This document shows, in pieces, positions 17,006 to 25,972 of a DNA stretch of 64,000 nucleotides. Source of the stretch: Alphaproteobacteria bacterium (GTDB lineage: Bacteria > Pseudomonadota > Alphaproteobacteria > UBA7887); assembly GCA_965216755.1 (NCBI GenBank), contig CBDCGL010000011.1, positions 4,384,001 through 4,448,000 of the forward strand, written 5' to 3'. The notes below the pieces were generated by a model that saw only the letters and a program-made list of their open reading frames with translations, did no database searches and was not told the DNA's origin. The stretch's first letter is position 1. Each line of letters starts with the position of its first letter. The position numbers were made by a program, and so were the translations under genes.

Positions 17006-19239
17006 AGCGTTGAGGCCCGACTGTCGGCGGGTGCGGTGCGCGCTCGAATTTGTGCCAAGGTTGCGGATAAGTCCTGCTCAAGTTGCTGACGAACCGCACC
17101 GTGCGGCGCTGTTCGAATGGCGTCAAGGCCGGCTTGGCAATGCCGCCGGGCTTCGACCAAAGCCGAACGTTCGGCTGCATTTTGACCGGCGCGCAGCCAG
17201 TATCGCGCGGCCCGTTCAGGCATGCGGGCTTCGGTCAAGTGGCGCGCGAGGAGTTCCGGTTCGCTGATCACAATGGCGCCGAACTGATTTTCGATGACGT
17301 ACGCGACACGGGCATGGATCTGTTGGCGGCGTGCCTTGAGTAAACTGGCGTAAGCCGCATCCTGAAGCAAGGCATGCTTGAAGACATAGCTGACGTCCGA
17401 TTGTGGGCCATGCTGGTGAATGAGCCCGGCATCACGCAAATGCGCCAAGGCCGCGTCGAGCTCCCGCGGTGCAACGTTGGCGACGGCGGTCAAAATGCGA
17501 TAAGGAAAAACTCGGCCGATCACGGCGCCGACCTGTGCGACGTCCTTTGCCGGCCCGAGTCTATCGAGCCGGGCCATGAATGAATCCTGGAGCGATGCCG
17601 GTACCGCAAACGCCGGCAATGGTCCATCCCATACATAGCTGTCGCCGACGTCACGAAACAGGTCGGAGTCCAAGACCGTGCGCGTCATTTCTTCAACATA
17701 AAGCGGTACGCCGTCGGTCTTCTCCAAAATGATATCGACAAATTGCTCGGGCAATGCGCGGCCACCCGCGACGGCTTCGATGATGCGACGATCATCGGCG
17801 TTGCCCAGCCGCGACAGAGAGATGTGTGAGACATGGTCTTGCGCCGGCCAGGGTGGCGCAAATTCAGGGCGATGGGTGATCACGACGAGGATCGGCGCAT
17901 CCGCCATGCGGCGCAAGATCAGACTCAAGGTATCCAGCGACGATGGGTCGGCCCATTGCGCATCCTCGAGCAGAAATAGCACCGGGCCATGGGTCGTTGC
18001 AGCCATCAAGCCGTCAGCCAATTGCTCAGCCGTACGTTGCCGCTGTTCCTGTGCACTGATTGCCAAAGGTGGATAGCGCTGGCCGGTCGGGACCGATAGC
18101 GCCGTGGCGAATAGCGGAGCAACATCTCGCACGGACACGCCCACTGCATCGAGATAGGTGTCCAGCTTGTTGAGCTTGGTCTCCGGCGGATCGTCGGGTC
18201 GAATTTGCGCTGCGGCCGCCATCTCGCGGCTGATCATGTAAAAAGGTGAGTCCTGGTGGTAGCGCGACCCGTAGTAGCGCAAAATCAAGTTCGCTTCGCC
18301 TTGGACCGAGTCCTTCAGGTCTTGGAGCAATCGAGTCTTGCCGATGCCAGGTTCGCCCGACACGATAACCGCGCGGCCGGTGCCGGATTTGGCCTGATGC
18401 CATGAATCACGCAACAGCGTGCGCTCTTGATGGCGCCCAAACATTGGCATCGTGCGTCCGCCAGACATCGCACTGTCGCTGTCCGCATGCTCACCCAGCA
18501 CCCGCCATACGCGCTGTGGTTGTGTCCATCCCTTCAGCGCATGCTCGCCGAGGTCCGCACAGCTGAAGCGATTTCCTATCAAACGATGCGTTGTCTGCGC
18601 GATTGCCACCTGGTGCGCCGCGGCAAGGCTCTGAATACGTGCCGCGGCATTCGGTGTCTCACCAACTGCCGTGTTGGGCATAGCCGTGTCGGTCGCGGTG
18701 TGACCGACTACGACCAGCCCGGTGGCGATCCCCACGCGCACGGCCAGATCTGCCGGCGCGCCCAGGCCGCGTACTGCTTCCACCACGTCAAGTCCGCTGC
18801 GCACCGCCCGTTCGGCATCATCTTCATGGGCATGGGGCCAACCGAAATAGACCATCAGTCCGTCGCCGAGATACTGGGCAACATAGCCGCCATAGCTTTC
18901 TATCACTGCGCCGGCAGCGGACTGATAGCTGCGCATGACGTCGCGCAAGTCCTCCGGATCCAACTGTGCAGACAAGGCGGTCGAGCCGACCAAGTCACAA
19001 AACATGACCGTGATTTGCCGACGTTCGGCCGGCTTTGAACGATTGGTCTGCGATGCCGACGCGGCTTTGAGGATCTTCAGCCTATGGCCGAGTGGTATCC
19101 CCAACGAACGCAAATGCGACTCGGTCAGCGACGGCAAAATATCCAAATCGATGGCTTCTCGCGCGAAGGTATCGGCATATTGCGCCAATCCCAAACGGCT
19201 TAGCCATTCGCGGATGTCGTTTAACTCACGAGGCACCAT
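17002..19239 (-). CDS. SAM domain + class III adenylate/guanylate cyclase + AAA (STAND-type) ATPase, short C-terminus
   Basis: SAM WLSRLGLAQY...LGIPLGHRLKIL; cyclase ERRQITVMFCDLVGST, YLGDG, GETPNAAARIQ; Walker A GEPGIGKT; Walker B LLEDAQWAD. Confidence 0.9.
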   Translation of the reverse strand: MVPRELNDIREWLSRLGLAQYADTFAREAIDLDILPSLTESHLRSLGIPLGHRLKILKAASASQTNRSKPAERRQITVMFCDLVGSTALSAQLDPEDLRDVMRSYQSAAGAVIESYGGYVAQYLGDGLMVYFGWPHAHEDDAERAVRSGLDVVEAVRGLGAPADLAVRVGIATGLVVVGHTATDTAMPNTAVGETPNAAARIQSLAAAHQVAIAQTTHRLIGNRFSCADLGEHALKGWTQPQRVWRVLGEHADSDSAMSGGRTMPMFGRHQERTLLRDSWHQAKSGTGRAVIVSGEPGIGKTRLLQDLKDSVQGEANLILRYYGSRYHQDSPFYMISREMAAAAQIRPDDPPETKLNKLDTYLDAVGVSVRDVAPLFATALSVPTGQRYPPLAISAQEQRQRTAEQLADGLMAATTHGPVLFLLEDAQWADPSSLDTLSLILRRMADAPILVVITHRPEFAPPWPAQDHVSHISLSRLGNADDRRIIEAVAGGRALPEQFVDIILEKTDGVPLYVEEMTRTVLDSDLFRDVGDSYVWDGPLPAFAVPASLQDSFMARLDRLGPAKDVAQVGAVIGRVFPYRILTAVANVAPRELDAALAHLRDAGLIHQHGPQSDVSYVFKHALLQDAAYASLLKARRQQIHARVAYVIENQFGAIVISEPELLARHLTEARMPERAARYWLRAGQNAAERSALVEARRHCQAGLDAIRTAPHGAVRQQLEQDLSATLAQIRARTAPADSRASTL

Positions 19240-19368
19240 CTCAAGAGTCTAGCACAAACCGCGGCCGGCGATGGCGAGCGTGGTCGCTGTTTGACGGCCA
19301 CGGCTGTGGTTGCCAACATCCGCCGATACAGACAATATCCGCCACGTTTCACGTTGAAGGAGTCACTG

Positions 19369-20346
19369 ATGCGGCCCCGGATCGTATTTGCCAGCGGGTT
19401 TCCGGATTCGGTCTTGGCGGCCCGCGACATGGTGCCGGCGGCGTTCGAGTTGGTCGTGGCCGAGGGCGAGAGCCCGGACTATTGGGACGCTCTCAAAAGC
19501 GCCGAATATTTGGTCGGATTTGTCGACGGGTTGATCAATGAGACTTTGTTTCAAGGCGCACCGAACCTGCGGCTGATTCAACTGATCAGCGCCGGTTATG
19601 ACCGTGCCGATATCGAAGCGGCGCGTCGCGCCGGCGTGCCGATTGCCAACAATGGTGGCGCCAATGCGACAGCGGTGGCCGAGCATGCGGTGATGCTGAT
19701 GTTGGCCACGTCGCGCCAGCTTGTTCGTCAGCACGCCAACGTGACCGGTGGGCGTTGGCGCGGCAATGCGATTCCGCGGTTGCACGAACTGGTTGGCAAG
19801 ACACTCGGCATCGTCGGGTTCGGCACGATCGGGAAGAAAACGGCGCGGCTTGCCCACGCGTTCGGGATGAACTTGATCTATTATGACATTATCCGCCTGA
19901 GCGACGATCAAGAGGATCTGCATGGCGTGCGCTTTCGCTTGCTGCACGAATTGATGCACACAGCGGATATTGTCAGTTTGCACGTGCCGCTGAATGCCCG
20001 TACCCACCATCTTATCGGCGCGGCCGAACTCGCGCTGATGAAACCATCGGCGATACTGATCAATACCAGCCGCGGCCCGGTGATTGACGAGGCAGCGCTG
20101 TGCACGGCATTGGCTTCCGGCGCCATCGCCGGTGCTGGGCTTGATGTCTACGACACCGAGCCGCCAGCAGTCGACAATCCATTGTTCGCACTCGACAATG
20201 TGACGCTGACTGGTCACCTGGCCGGGCCAACCTGGGAAAGCAACGAGAGCCGGTTGCGCAATGCATTCGACAATGTCGAACGCGTCGCCCGTGGCGCGCC
20301 GCCGCTGTGGGTGATTCCCGAGTTGTCGGCGGCTAACATGTCCTAG
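19369..20346 (+). CDS. D-isomer-specific 2-hydroxyacid dehydrogenase
   Basis: SAGYD, AVAEH, GIVGFGTIG, SLHVPL, LINTSRGPVID, AGLDVYDTEP, LTGHLAG. Confidence 0.92.
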   Translation: MRPRIVFASGFPDSVLAARDMVPAAFELVVAEGESPDYWDALKSAEYLVGFVDGLINETLFQGAPNLRLIQLISAGYDRADIEAARRAGVPIANNGGANATAVAEHAVMLMLATSRQLVRQHANVTGGRWRGNAIPRLHELVGKTLGIVGFGTIGKKTARLAHAFGMNLIYYDIIRLSDDQEDLHGVRFRLLHELMHTADIVSLHVPLNARTHHLIGAAELALMKPSAILINTSRGPVIDEAALCTALASGAIAGAGLDVYDTEPPAVDNPLFALDNVTLTGHLAGPTWESNESRLRNAFDNVERVARGAPPLWVIPELSAANMS

Positions 20347-21284
20347 ACGCCGGCGCAGACTGTGGTAATCGCCTCGCGCAACCAGACCGTTGCGGGATTG
20401 GTGTCGGCCCCGCGTCCCCAATAGAGGCGCAGGCGCCACGGCGGCAAGGCAATCGGAAGCTCGCGAATTTGGATATTTGCCGTAAGTGAAAACCGCTTGG
20501 CGATGCGTTCGGCGATGGTCGCAACCAGATCGCTTTTTTCGACCATGAACGGCACGACCAAGAAGTGGGGAATTGTGACGGCGACGCGGCGCCGTTTCTT
20601 AATTCTGGCCAAGGCCTGATCCACCACCCCCGGACTGCCGGTGGGGGACACCAAGAGATGTGAAAGGCCGATGTAGGCGTCGAGCGTGAGCTGGCCGTTC
20701 AAGTCCGGATGGGACTTTCGCGCCACGCAAACGAAACGCTCTTGGAACAAGGGCGCCGATTGAATGCGTTTTGGCAGTTGCGGTGTGGTGTCGCCAGCGA
20801 ACAGCGATTGCGATAAAGACGGCACGATGCCAATCATAAAATCGATATCCCCGCTGTCGATCATGGCGACCGCATTCGTGGCCGTCGCGGCCCGCAGCTG
20901 TAGATCGACGCCGGGTGCGTGCTCGCGGATAAAGGTCGCCAGCCTGGGGATTACGGCAAAATCCGTATAGTCGGTGACGCCTATACGGAATTGCATTTCC
21001 GCCGTTGCTGGGTCGAACGCGGCGCGCGGCGCCAATGCGGCGCGGACTTGATTCAATGCGTCACGGATCGGCGGCGCCACGTCCTGGGCACGCGCGGTCG
21101 GTTGCATGCCCGCAGGCGTGCGCACGAACAACTCATCGTCAAAAAGGACGCGTAGCCGGCTCAGAGCATTGCTCATCGACGGCTGGGCCAAGCCGACGCG
21201 CTCGGCAGCTTGCGACACGTTGCGAGTTTCGAACAGCGCCTCAAAGGCGACGAGCAGATTGAGGTCGACCGCTGATAAATTCAT
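20343..21284 (-). CDS. LysR family transcriptional regulator (NahR/DntR-like)
   Basis: DLNLLVAFEAL...NVSQAAERVGLAQPSMSNALSRLR...FDDELFVRT. Confidence 0.93.
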   Translation of the reverse strand: MNLSAVDLNLLVAFEALFETRNVSQAAERVGLAQPSMSNALSRLRVLFDDELFVRTPAGMQPTARAQDVAPPIRDALNQVRAALAPRAAFDPATAEMQFRIGVTDYTDFAVIPRLATFIREHAPGVDLQLRAATATNAVAMIDSGDIDFMIGIVPSLSQSLFAGDTTPQLPKRIQSAPLFQERFVCVARKSHPDLNGQLTLDAYIGLSHLLVSPTGSPGVVDQALARIKKRRRVAVTIPHFLVVPFMVEKSDLVATIAERIAKRFSLTANIQIRELPIALPPWRLRLYWGRGADTNPATVWLREAITTVCAGV

Positions 21285-21427
21285 GAGATCAATTTACATT
21301 ATATGAAAAATCCATTTCAAGAATGAATTAGCCGGCTCTATATAAATATTCACCGAACACGAAACGCCGGCGGCTTGAAACGAAAAGCTTTTTTAGCGGT
21401 ATCCCCGCCGGTGCAAAGGAGTGAGAA

Positions 21428-21592
21428 ATGAACAAAAACAGCACAAACAAGACCCAACTGGCGCCTGTCGAGACTCCATCGGATTTGGGCCCGTATCTGG
21501 CCCGCGGCCGCGCATTACGCGCCGAGGCTTTCCATACTGTTGCAGAGCGTGCTCTTAAGGCGGCGGCACGGCGCTTAGGGCGGGTCTTCTAG
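21428..21592 (+). CDS. Small protein, 54 aa, RSP_7527-like (absent from the ORF track)
   Basis: AAGGAG RBS; MNKNSTNKTQLAPVETPSDLGPYLARGRALRAEAFHTVAERALKAAARRLGRVF*, with the ARxLRAEA helix motif; divergent from the LysR gene. Confidence 0.75.
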   Translation: MNKNSTNKTQLAPVETPSDLGPYLARGRALRAEAFHTVAERALKAAARRLGRVF

Positions 21593-21599
21593 CCTACGA

Positions 21600-21697
21600 A
21601 CTCTAGCTTAGTCAGAACTCCATTCTACCTTCTCTCCCTCAACTGCCGCGCCGCGGTGGGTCGCGTTTTCCTCCCCGACCTGCCGCGGCGCTTTTCT
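21600..21697 (+). ncRNA. Candidate 3'UTR-derived sRNA / terminator with anti-SD loop
   Basis: CTTCTCTCCCTC tract, then a 16-bp stem (21648-21663 with 21676-21691) enclosing the loop CGTTTTCCTCCC, then TTTT. Confidence 0.6.
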
Positions 21698-21744
21698 ATG
21701 ACGGGTTCCGTCATTCGCCGGGTCTGTCCGGACGCTGTCGCGCT

Positions 21745-22620
21745 CTATACGACCGGACCCTCGCCAGCGACCGTGGTGCGATGCAGGATGCGCCGGCAGC
21801 GGTGCATGTCGTATGGTCGGCCACGGTGCAAAACGCAGCGATTATCCCAAAGAACAGCGTCACCGTCGCGCCATGTGTGATGGTAGATCAGGGCCGCTTG
21901 GGTCGCGTGTTCGCGCAATGCGTCAAGCAGCAGCTGGGCTTGTCGATCGTCCATGCCCACAATACCGACCGCGTGCCGACCGATAAATAGAGATCGGCGG
22001 CCGCTAACCGGATGGGTACGAACGAGCGTGTGAATGGCCGGCAGATGGGCCGCGCGGTCGGCGTCCGTCATGCTGTCCCAGTTGCGCGGCTGCGACACCC
22101 TAATATCGTGGATCACCTTTAGGCTCTCCAAGGCCTCCTTTCGGTCAACGGGCAGGCTGTCATAGGCGGCGCGCATATCGGCGAACTCGGTGGCGCCGGC
22201 GCCAGGATCAACGTGCCGTGCGGATAGCAAGGACGCCATGGCCGGGTATCGTTTGAACGAACTATCCGAATGCCAATGCATATTGTAATTGAGAACCTGA
22301 TGATTGGCGTGATCGGCGGAAATCGGGACACCGGCCTCGTCGACATTGGCAATTTCGTAGATTTCGCGATGACGGTTCGAAGCGACGCCCCTGACCACCG
22401 TCTCTTCCAAGCGGCCAAATCGGCGCGTGAAGGCGATCTGTGTGTCGTCGTCAAGCCGCTGGTCACGGAATACGAGCACCGGATAGGTCATCCATGCCGC
22501 GTGGATTGCCGCGAATAAGCCGTCATCGACGTGAGCAAGTTCGACGCCACCAATTTCGGCCGCCAAGCTCGCCAGCAAAGGATGTATGTCTATGGACGCC
22601 GATTGTCCCGTTTGGACCAC
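21745..22620 (-). CDS. TauD/TfdA family Fe(II)/2-oxoglutarate dioxygenase
   Basis: WHSDSSF (HxD), TEFADMRAAYD, HTLVRTHPVSGRRSL, WDNRCVLHRG, LHRTTVAG. Confidence 0.92.
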   Translation of the reverse strand: MVQTGQSASIDIHPLLASLAAEIGGVELAHVDDGLFAAIHAAWMTYPVLVFRDQRLDDDTQIAFTRRFGRLEETVVRGVASNRHREIYEIANVDEAGVPISADHANHQVLNYNMHWHSDSSFKRYPAMASLLSARHVDPGAGATEFADMRAAYDSLPVDRKEALESLKVIHDIRVSQPRNWDSMTDADRAAHLPAIHTLVRTHPVSGRRSLFIGRHAVGIVGMDDRQAQLLLDALREHATQAALIYHHTWRDGDAVLWDNRCVLHRGRPYDMHRCRRILHRTTVAGEGPVV

Positions 22621-22755
22621 ACTACCCTCCGTGTCGTCTTGCCGCCGTTGGTTTTACAATCGCGTATCATTTCCGGGTTCGGCGGTGGGCGCAACTCGTG
22701 GGTGCCTGGTGCGACATGCTATTTTCCTAGACAATGGACCAAGGAGGAAAAGCAA

Positions 22756-23721
22756 ATGGTTGATGTGACCCTGGCGGAGCGCGTTCAGGATACCGACCCC
22801 GCGGACGGCATGCGCGCGGAACGGGTCCATACACCCTATACTGACCGCGCGCTGTTTTTCGATTCGGAAACTGGTTTCAATATCAAACGGCCACCGGTCC
22901 CTTGCCATCAGTTCATCGCCGAACGTGATCGGGCGTTTGACCCCGAAACCGCGACATCGCTCATTCCGCTGGACCTCAGCGCTGAAATGGACCTGCCATT
23001 CGCAGCGACCACGCCCTTGATCCTGACTCGTTTTGCGCGCATTCGGGCCGGCGAGTCACTGACGACCAAACTGCGTGCCAGCGGCGAAGTGTATTACGTG
23101 CTTGCCGGTCAAGGCCGCACCGTCAACGGCGCGGACGAAATTGCCTGGGGTGAGGGCGATGTGATGTGTCTGCCGGGCGGCGGAACGACCCGTCACGAAG
23201 CCGGCGATCGCGACTGTGTGTTGTGGGTGGTCACCAACGAACCGGCGTTGGCGTTTGAGGCCTTGGAGCCGCCGGCGCCCGGCACCAGCCCCGTCGAGGC
23301 CGTGCACTATCCCGCCGTGGAGATCGACCATCAGTTGGCGCTGGTCGGCGAGCGGCTCAAAGGCAAGAGTATCGCCGGGTTGGCGTTGACTTTTTGTAGC
23401 ACCAAGCAAAGTGCGTGGCGTAATGTGACGCCGACCCTGTCATTGGCGGTCAACCAACTGCCGGCCGGCGGCGCGCAGCGTCCTCATCGCCACAACTCGG
23501 CCGCGATCACCATGCCGCTGCAGGGTAGCAATTGTTATTCCGTCATCGACGGCTCCAGGGTCAATTGGCAGCCGCACGCGGTTATGGTGACACCGCCGGA
23601 ACATGTCCATTCGCATCACAATGCGGGCGATGAACATATGACTTGCCTGATCGTGCAGGATGGTGGTCTCTACTATCATTGCCGCACTATGGGCTTCGCC
23701 TATGATGACACGGCGCCCTGA
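22756..23721 (+). CDS. Bicupin, gentisate 1,2-dioxygenase-like
   Basis: AAGGAGG RBS; YVLAGQG...WGEGDVMCLPGG; QRPHRHNSAA...VTPPEHVHSHHN...VQDGGLYY. Confidence 0.85.
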   Translation: MVDVTLAERVQDTDPADGMRAERVHTPYTDRALFFDSETGFNIKRPPVPCHQFIAERDRAFDPETATSLIPLDLSAEMDLPFAATTPLILTRFARIRAGESLTTKLRASGEVYYVLAGQGRTVNGADEIAWGEGDVMCLPGGGTTRHEAGDRDCVLWVVTNEPALAFEALEPPAPGTSPVEAVHYPAVEIDHQLALVGERLKGKSIAGLALTFCSTKQSAWRNVTPTLSLAVNQLPAGGAQRPHRHNSAAITMPLQGSNCYSVIDGSRVNWQPHAVMVTPPEHVHSHHNAGDEHMTCLIVQDGGLYYHCRTMGFAYDDTAP

Positions 23722-23732
23722 TCCGTTTGAGA
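23445..23732 (+). repeat. 288-bp direct repeat, copy 1 (3' end of the cupin gene)
   Basis: GGCGGTCAACCAACTG...CTGATCCGTTTGAGA matches 32898-33185 with about 9 substitutions by manual alignment. Confidence 0.95.
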
Positions 23733-24058
23733 GATTCACCAACCGGCAGAGAGAATCAACGCGGCGTCGTTGACGCAACCGATTTCGGCACCCGTCGGCC
23801 GGTCCGACAGCAATTTGCTGAGGTGATCGAATGGGGGCGGGTGTGGCCAGCTGATCCGGGCCCCTGACGCGGCGTCGTCTCAATTTAATCAAACAGGACC
23901 GGCGGAACCGTTTCGCCGCTCTCTGTTCTTGTCATCGTTCGTCGACCCAAGAGCGCAAACAACCTGCGAATGCACGACACGTGTGTGTGGGGCTGCTGGC
24001 TCCGCATCGATCGGTTGAGACGGCCCCGTATCCGGCATACGATTTCAGGTGTGAGGGG

Positions 24059-25972
24059 ATGATGACAACCGAGGTGAAACGGAGACTTGCCGCGATCCTC
24101 AGCGCCGATGTGGCAGGCTACTCGCGGCTGATGGGACAGGACGACAGGGCGACGTTAGCGGCCTTGAAAGCACTCAGGGCCACCATGTCGCACTGGATCG
24201 AGTCCCATGACGGCCGCGTGGTCAACACACCCGGCGACGCTTTGCTCGCCGAGTTCCCCAGTGCGGTCGAAGCCGTGGAGGCCGCCATCGACATACAGGC
24301 CGCTATCGGCGAAATGAACGCTGACCGTCCGGTCGATCGCAGAATGATGGTTCGAATCGGTGTCGAGCTGGGCGATGTGTTGGTCGAACCGGATGGCACA
24401 ATTTATGGCGACGGGGTCAATATCGCGGCACGTCTTGAAAGCCTGGCCGACGAGGGCTCAATCAACCTGTCCGGTGCGGTTTACGACAATGTTCACGCCA
24501 AAGTGCAGACCTTTTTTGAATTTTTGGGTGACCATGCGGTCAAGAACATTCAAACGCCCATCCGCGTCTACCGCATTGTCGGCAGCGACCAAAGTGTTGT
24601 TCCCTCGCAGAAAGCACCGGAGCGCAATCGTGTGCGGCGCACCGTCAAGTTTGGCGTCGTCGCGGTAATCCTCGTTGTCGTCGCCGGTTTTGGCGTGTGG
24701 CAAGCTGGTCGGGTCAGCGACTGGGGTGCGCCCTCTGTCGGCCGCGCCGATCAGTTCCGGCCTGTGTTGCCGACCGGCCCGTCGATCGCCGTGCTGCCGT
24801 TTACCAATCTTAGCGGTGATCCGGAACAGGACTATTTCAGCGATGGGCTGACCGCCGATGTCATCGCCGCGCTGGGGCGATTTGCGAATCTGTCGGTGAT
24901 GGGGCGCAATACAACCCTGCCATACAAGGACACTGCTGTCGCGCCCGAAGAAATCGGCCGCGCGCTTGGCGTGCGCTATGTGCTTGACGGGGCCGTGCGC
25001 CGGGCCGGCGATCGGATCCGGGTGACGGCGCAGTTGACCCAAGCCGACAGTGGTGTGCATCTGTGGTCGGATCGTTTCGACCGTGCCTACGAAAACGTGT
25101 TCGCGGTTCAAGATGAAATTACGGGCAAGGTCGCTGGCGCGCTTGCGGTCGCGGTCGGTCGCCTGGAACGAGACCGGGCCTTAGAAAAGCCGACCGAAAA
25201 CCTCGAAGCCTATGACTATGTGTTGCGGGGATGGGCCCTCGTGCGACGCGAGACAAGGGCCACAAATTTCGACGCACGGGAAATGTTTGAACGCGCCGTC
25301 GCATTGGACCCCAATTATTCGGAAGCTCATGCTGGCATTGCCCTGACTTACACGCGACCGGTTGAATATGGTTGGACGGAGTTCACTAGCCGCAATTTGG
25401 GCCGGGCCGAGGAATTGGCCCGGCGCGCGCTTGCCTTGGGTCCAGACAATGTCGCTGCGCGCAGAGCGTTCGCCACAGTTCTGCTGAGCAAGTCCGAATA
25501 CGATCTGGCATCTGATCAGCTTCGACGTGCTTTGGAAGTCAATCCCAGCGACACCGATAGCTATAAGATTTATGGTCGTATCTTGGTTTATCTTGGCCAG
25601 GCAGACACAGCGATCGAGTGGTTCGAGGCGGCGTTGCGCTTGGACCCGAAGTCCGAATCCTGGGTATTCGGTGAACTCGGTTTGTCTTACTATTTGAACG
25701 CTCGATACAGTGATGCTGCCAAGTCCGCGGCAAAGGCGGCGGAAACGGAATTGGACTTTATTGGCCTGCCGGTCGTTGCCGCCGCTCAAGCGAAACTTGG
25801 CAACCAGACCGAAGCGGCACGCGCGGTCGGAGATTTGTTACGGCGCAGGCCTTTTTCTACGGTCGAACTAATCGTTGTCGCGCTCAAAGACCCCGAAGAC
25901 ATCGCACATTTTGCCGATGGTCTGATCAAGGCGGGCGTACCGACTTCTGGTGCGGTCGCGGGTGACAGATAA
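24059..25972 (+). CDS. Class III nucleotide cyclase - TM - TolB-like - TPR receptor, copy 1
   Basis: RRLAAILSADVAGYSRLM, NTPGDALLAEF, IYGDGVNIAARLE; TM helix; PSIAVLPFTNLSGDPEQDYFSDG; TPRs. Confidence 0.92.
   Translation: MMTTEVKRRLAAILSADVAGYSRLMGQDDRATLAALKALRATMSHWIESHDGRVVNTPGDALLAEFPSAVEAVEAAIDIQAAIGEMNADRPVDRRMMVRIGVELGDVLVEPDGTIYGDGVNIAARLESLADEGSINLSGAVYDNVHAKVQTFFEFLGDHAVKNIQTPIRVYRIVGSDQSVVPSQKAPERNRVRRTVKFGVVAVILVVVAGFGVWQAGRVSDWGAPSVGRADQFRPVLPTGPSIAVLPFTNLSGDPEQDYFSDGLTADVIAALGRFANLSVMGRNTTLPYKDTAVAPEEIGRALGVRYVLDGAVRRAGDRIRVTAQLTQADSGVHLWSDRFDRAYENVFAVQDEITGKVAGALAVAVGRLERDRALEKPTENLEAYDYVLRGWALVRRETRATNFDAREMFERAVALDPNYSEAHAGIALTYTRPVEYGWTEFTSRNLGRAEELARRALALGPDNVAARRAFATVLLSKSEYDLASDQLRRALEVNPSDTDSYKIYGRILVYLGQADTAIEWFEAALRLDPKSESWVFGELGLSYYLNARYSDAAKSAAKAAETELDFIGLPVVAAAQAKLGNQTEAARAVGDLLRRRPFSTVELIVVALKDPEDIAHFADGLIKAGVPTSGAVAGDR

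Noticed and set aside
19363-20439. Long antisense ORFs (also 25786-26967, 27693-28568, 48197-49201 and others)
   Set aside because: These are shadow frames of well-supported genes in GC-rich DNA, with no recognisable motifs.
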